Below, one piece after another: positions 60,971 to 64,000 of a DNA stretch of 64,000 bases. The notes below the pieces were generated by a model. The model searched no databases and was not told where the DNA came from. It worked only from the letters and a program-made list of their open reading frames with translations. The translations under genes and the position numbers were made by a program. Every line of letters begins with the position of its first letter. Positions within the stretch are counted from its first letter, which is position 1. The DNA is from Phoronis australis (taxonomy: Eukaryota; Animalia; Phoronida): assembly GCA_002633005.1 (NCBI GenBank), contig NMRA01000370.1, positions 248,001 through 312,000 on the forward strand, read 5' to 3'.

Positions 60971-63834
60971 AAGCAGTGAAAATCTCTGGTGCTGAGAAGC
61001 CAAAGTTGTGGCACGTGTAGGACCATAAAGAGACACTGAGACCCTTGTGAACTATAGCAATTATTATTGTGAGTCTGTGTTTTTTGTGTGTGTGTTTGAG
61101 AGGTAATATTATATATTTTGTCATTAACTTGTTTTGTTTTGTGTCTTGAGAAATTGTCTGACACTAGACAAACTTGACAGTGGGGTTTAAATGCCAGAAG
61201 AGGCCGATTACATAATCGGTGTCACAGTCATGTCATGAGTCTATGTATGCAGAAATGTTGGTACATGTCCTTTGTAAACAATCCCCTCTTATGCACCACC
61301 ACCACCACGCCTTGCAAACCCAAACCGCAATATTAATAAGATCTAGCCTTCCTTTGAGCCTTGCTGGTAAACAACACTATGACTTAGCACTGAAAGATCT
61401 TGCCAGATTCGTTAGTCAAGCATAAAAATCAGTTAATCACTGTCTTAAATCACCCACAATAAGCAGTTTTCTTATAGTGACAAGCCGAGTTCAGCATGGT
61501 CTCACTATTAAAGTAGGACAATCTTGTTTTAGCATTCTTCCACAGATGCAGAAGGCTTGATGATGCGTTGTTTTTCTAACCAAAAACAAAACAAAAATTA
61601 CAAAAATATCACAAACAATTCTAAATAAGTACTTTTTTCAATTGTCATATTCATATTTTGCAAATATGTGATTTAACTTTATTGTGTTTATGGCACAAAG
61701 AGTGCATGCCTGATTGTGTATAGGGTCAATCGAATCACCTGAGTGATTTTGTTGATGTTGCGTGATAATCACAGAGAAACAAGTTAACGTCTCTTTTCAG
61801 ATTTCTGTCTCATGAGCATCTCTGGTTATGTTGTGTTCCAAATTGGTGAGACCCTAATAAATAGACTACAATCAAGCCACCCTGACACTTGCAGGACTTC
61901 ATTTAGCACCCACTGGCATGCACTTTGGAGTAACAAAGCATGCCTGTTCAGTTGATTCCTGGTTACATTATACATAAAATCTCGCCAATTTGGACAAAAA
62001 TAATTGCCAAAATGGGCCTTTTTTTCATTTTCAACCTCTTCTAATGTTGAGAATGCCCACAATTTTCTCAGAAACATCTGATTGCAGCCATGGTATAGAT
62101 CTTTAAAGTGATGTAGCATTTATTATGTGCTTACTTATCATTCATGACAAAATGAAAAAATAAATTTCACTTGTCAGGCATATTGCATCCCAATTTAGTG
62201 AGATTTTACCATATTTGTGCACTTTCCACGCATAATTTAAGCAATTTGTGACAGAAATGGTCCGCAAAGACATGCTGTAACATTCGAAAGGTTACGCCCC
62301 CTGTGCACGCCTCCATCAGGGTCACGACTTGAACACTCATAACGTGTTTTGGTCGTGATAGACCGGGCCGAAAATCCTCTCCTCATTTTCGGGTCGGTCC
62401 AAATTCCTGCGTAAACCACATGCTTTTATTTGGCTGGTAACATGCGATTTCACGCTAATACACATTAGCTGATGGCGTGAAGATAAGACGTTGCCTAATG
62501 AAACAACACACATCTGTTTTCACTTTTTCACGCTTCTGATGGATTTAAAGTAATAAAAGATTTAAAATCTTCATAAAATTACTAAGGTATGACCTCCACA
62601 CATGCTCTCTCCGTAAATATTGGTGAAGTTTTAGCTGAGATCGTTTCGGTAAGATCAGCCGAGTTTGAAATAACCTTTAGCATTACTACATGGTAAAGCA
62701 GTTTCCTTTGAAAAGAATTTTATATCCGTTAAGAATTTAATTTACACTCATAATTTCAAAGTAAATACACAGAAATTAGCGTGGAATATTTAAGTGAACC
62801 TGAATTAAAAACATGCATGTGTTACAAGTTCTGTATCCGTGTTCGTTAAAAACGAAGTGTAGAAAGAGTTTGGAGCGATCGAACGTCACAAACGACAGGT
62901 ACATTATGCGACTCGATTGTGCTGAATGTCCTGAACCTTCTAATTCTGTAGATATTGGGTAACTAAACAGACTTGTCGAAAAAGTGATGCACTGTATAAA
63001 CTTAATGTTGCACAGTGTTACTGAACCGTACATTTGGCTGCCGAAAAAAGTTTCATTCATGAATATTGTGTTGACATTCAAGGCATCTCACCATTCACTT
63101 AAAAATATTTCCATTGCCAGACCAGGCGTAATTATGTTTATTGCCCCCACAGCCCAGTGGGTAATGAACTATTGAAATCGTTGATAAAAGCGTGTCAAGT
63201 TTAAAGTTGCTGTAACCCCTGCGATTCTATCACATCATTTCGCGTTATATGATACCCTGGCCCACAGAGACAAGAATCTGCAGTCCTCAATACTTTTTCA
63301 CGTTTGGTTCAAACTGATCATTGCCAATAAATGCGAACCAAAGTTTTTAACGCTTCATAATTCTCTGTACTACATAACATCCATTCCCCCTATCACTCTC
63401 GTTCCCCAGAAGTTAAATCATTACCGTGATACTTTATGTGCCAATGTACAGTCACTAATGGTGTGTCAGTATGGTTTATACACACCAACAACCTGAACCT
63501 TTCATTTCCCTTGCCATTAGGATAGCATTTGATTACTCAAATCATCAAAACAAATCTCCAATTTACTGGAAGGAGCACATTTTCGGAAGGTGCATGAACC
63601 TGCTCTTCAAAGCAGGAAGAATACTTCAGTAGAGCCTGGTTTTATGCACACACTTTCCGGCAAACTCAAAAGATTTCTCCAAATCGATCCGTATCTCGAT
63701 AAAAGATGTTTACAGCATGGGTTGCTTGAACAAGCTGATGTTTTTTTCAATACAATGGCCTGCTGTTCTAGGAAATGGCTGAGAGAACATCTGTGTCCAA
63801 TTATGTTCAGGATACATCAATTGACATCCAGGAC

Positions 63835-63900
63835 TCTTAACAACTCACCTTAATTAGGAATGTTTTGGATTCTTAACAACTCACCTTAATTAGGAATGTT
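63835..63900 (+). repeat. 36-bp-period tandem duplication
   Basis: TCTTAACAACTCACCTTAATTAGGAATGTT x2. Confidence 0.85.
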
Positions 63901-64000
63901 CTCGTGCTGCCTGAATAAGCATCGGAGTCCATACAACAGAAGAAAAAAGTTCCTACGATGCCAGCCAAAGCAAGCTGAAATAAACACAAAGACGTAATTA

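Noticed and set aside
57000-64000. Short ORFs as upstream exons of the sarcospan-like gene or as new genes
   Set aside because: No convincing transmembrane-coding exon with paired splice sites was seen; the region looks intronic or like decayed repeats.

Overview
This is eukaryotic, AT-rich, intron-rich animal DNA, probably a marine invertebrate bilaterian; the taxon cannot be fixed from this window. Splice sites and reading phases, read by hand, give three complete multi-exon genes: FAM120A-like (+, 17 coding exons, 235-18309, ~1062 aa), WDR82 (-, 9 coding exons, 33231-21225, 313 aa) and glycerate kinase GLYCTK (+, 5 coding exons, 35775-44804, ~576 aa, one GC-AG intron). The last exon of a sarcospan-like gene is also present (-, 50914-50399). 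Introns hold many non-autonomous transposons with recognisable TIRs/TSDs, two Helentron/DINE-1-like elements, a truncated LINE and tRNA-derived SINE heads. The most unusual signals: (1) a ~90-bp minisatellite in the last WDR82 intron built from copies of the exon-8 splice junction, each intact copy forming a potential AG-16 nt-GT microexon; (2) Helentron-like elements carrying ~140-bp-periodic CTCF-like motifs; (3) the head-to-head WDR82-GLYCTK pair also seen in human; (4) an overlapping uORF at the GLYCTK start. Gene names come from recalled protein similarity, not database searches. Most short ORFs in the supplied track are spurious.
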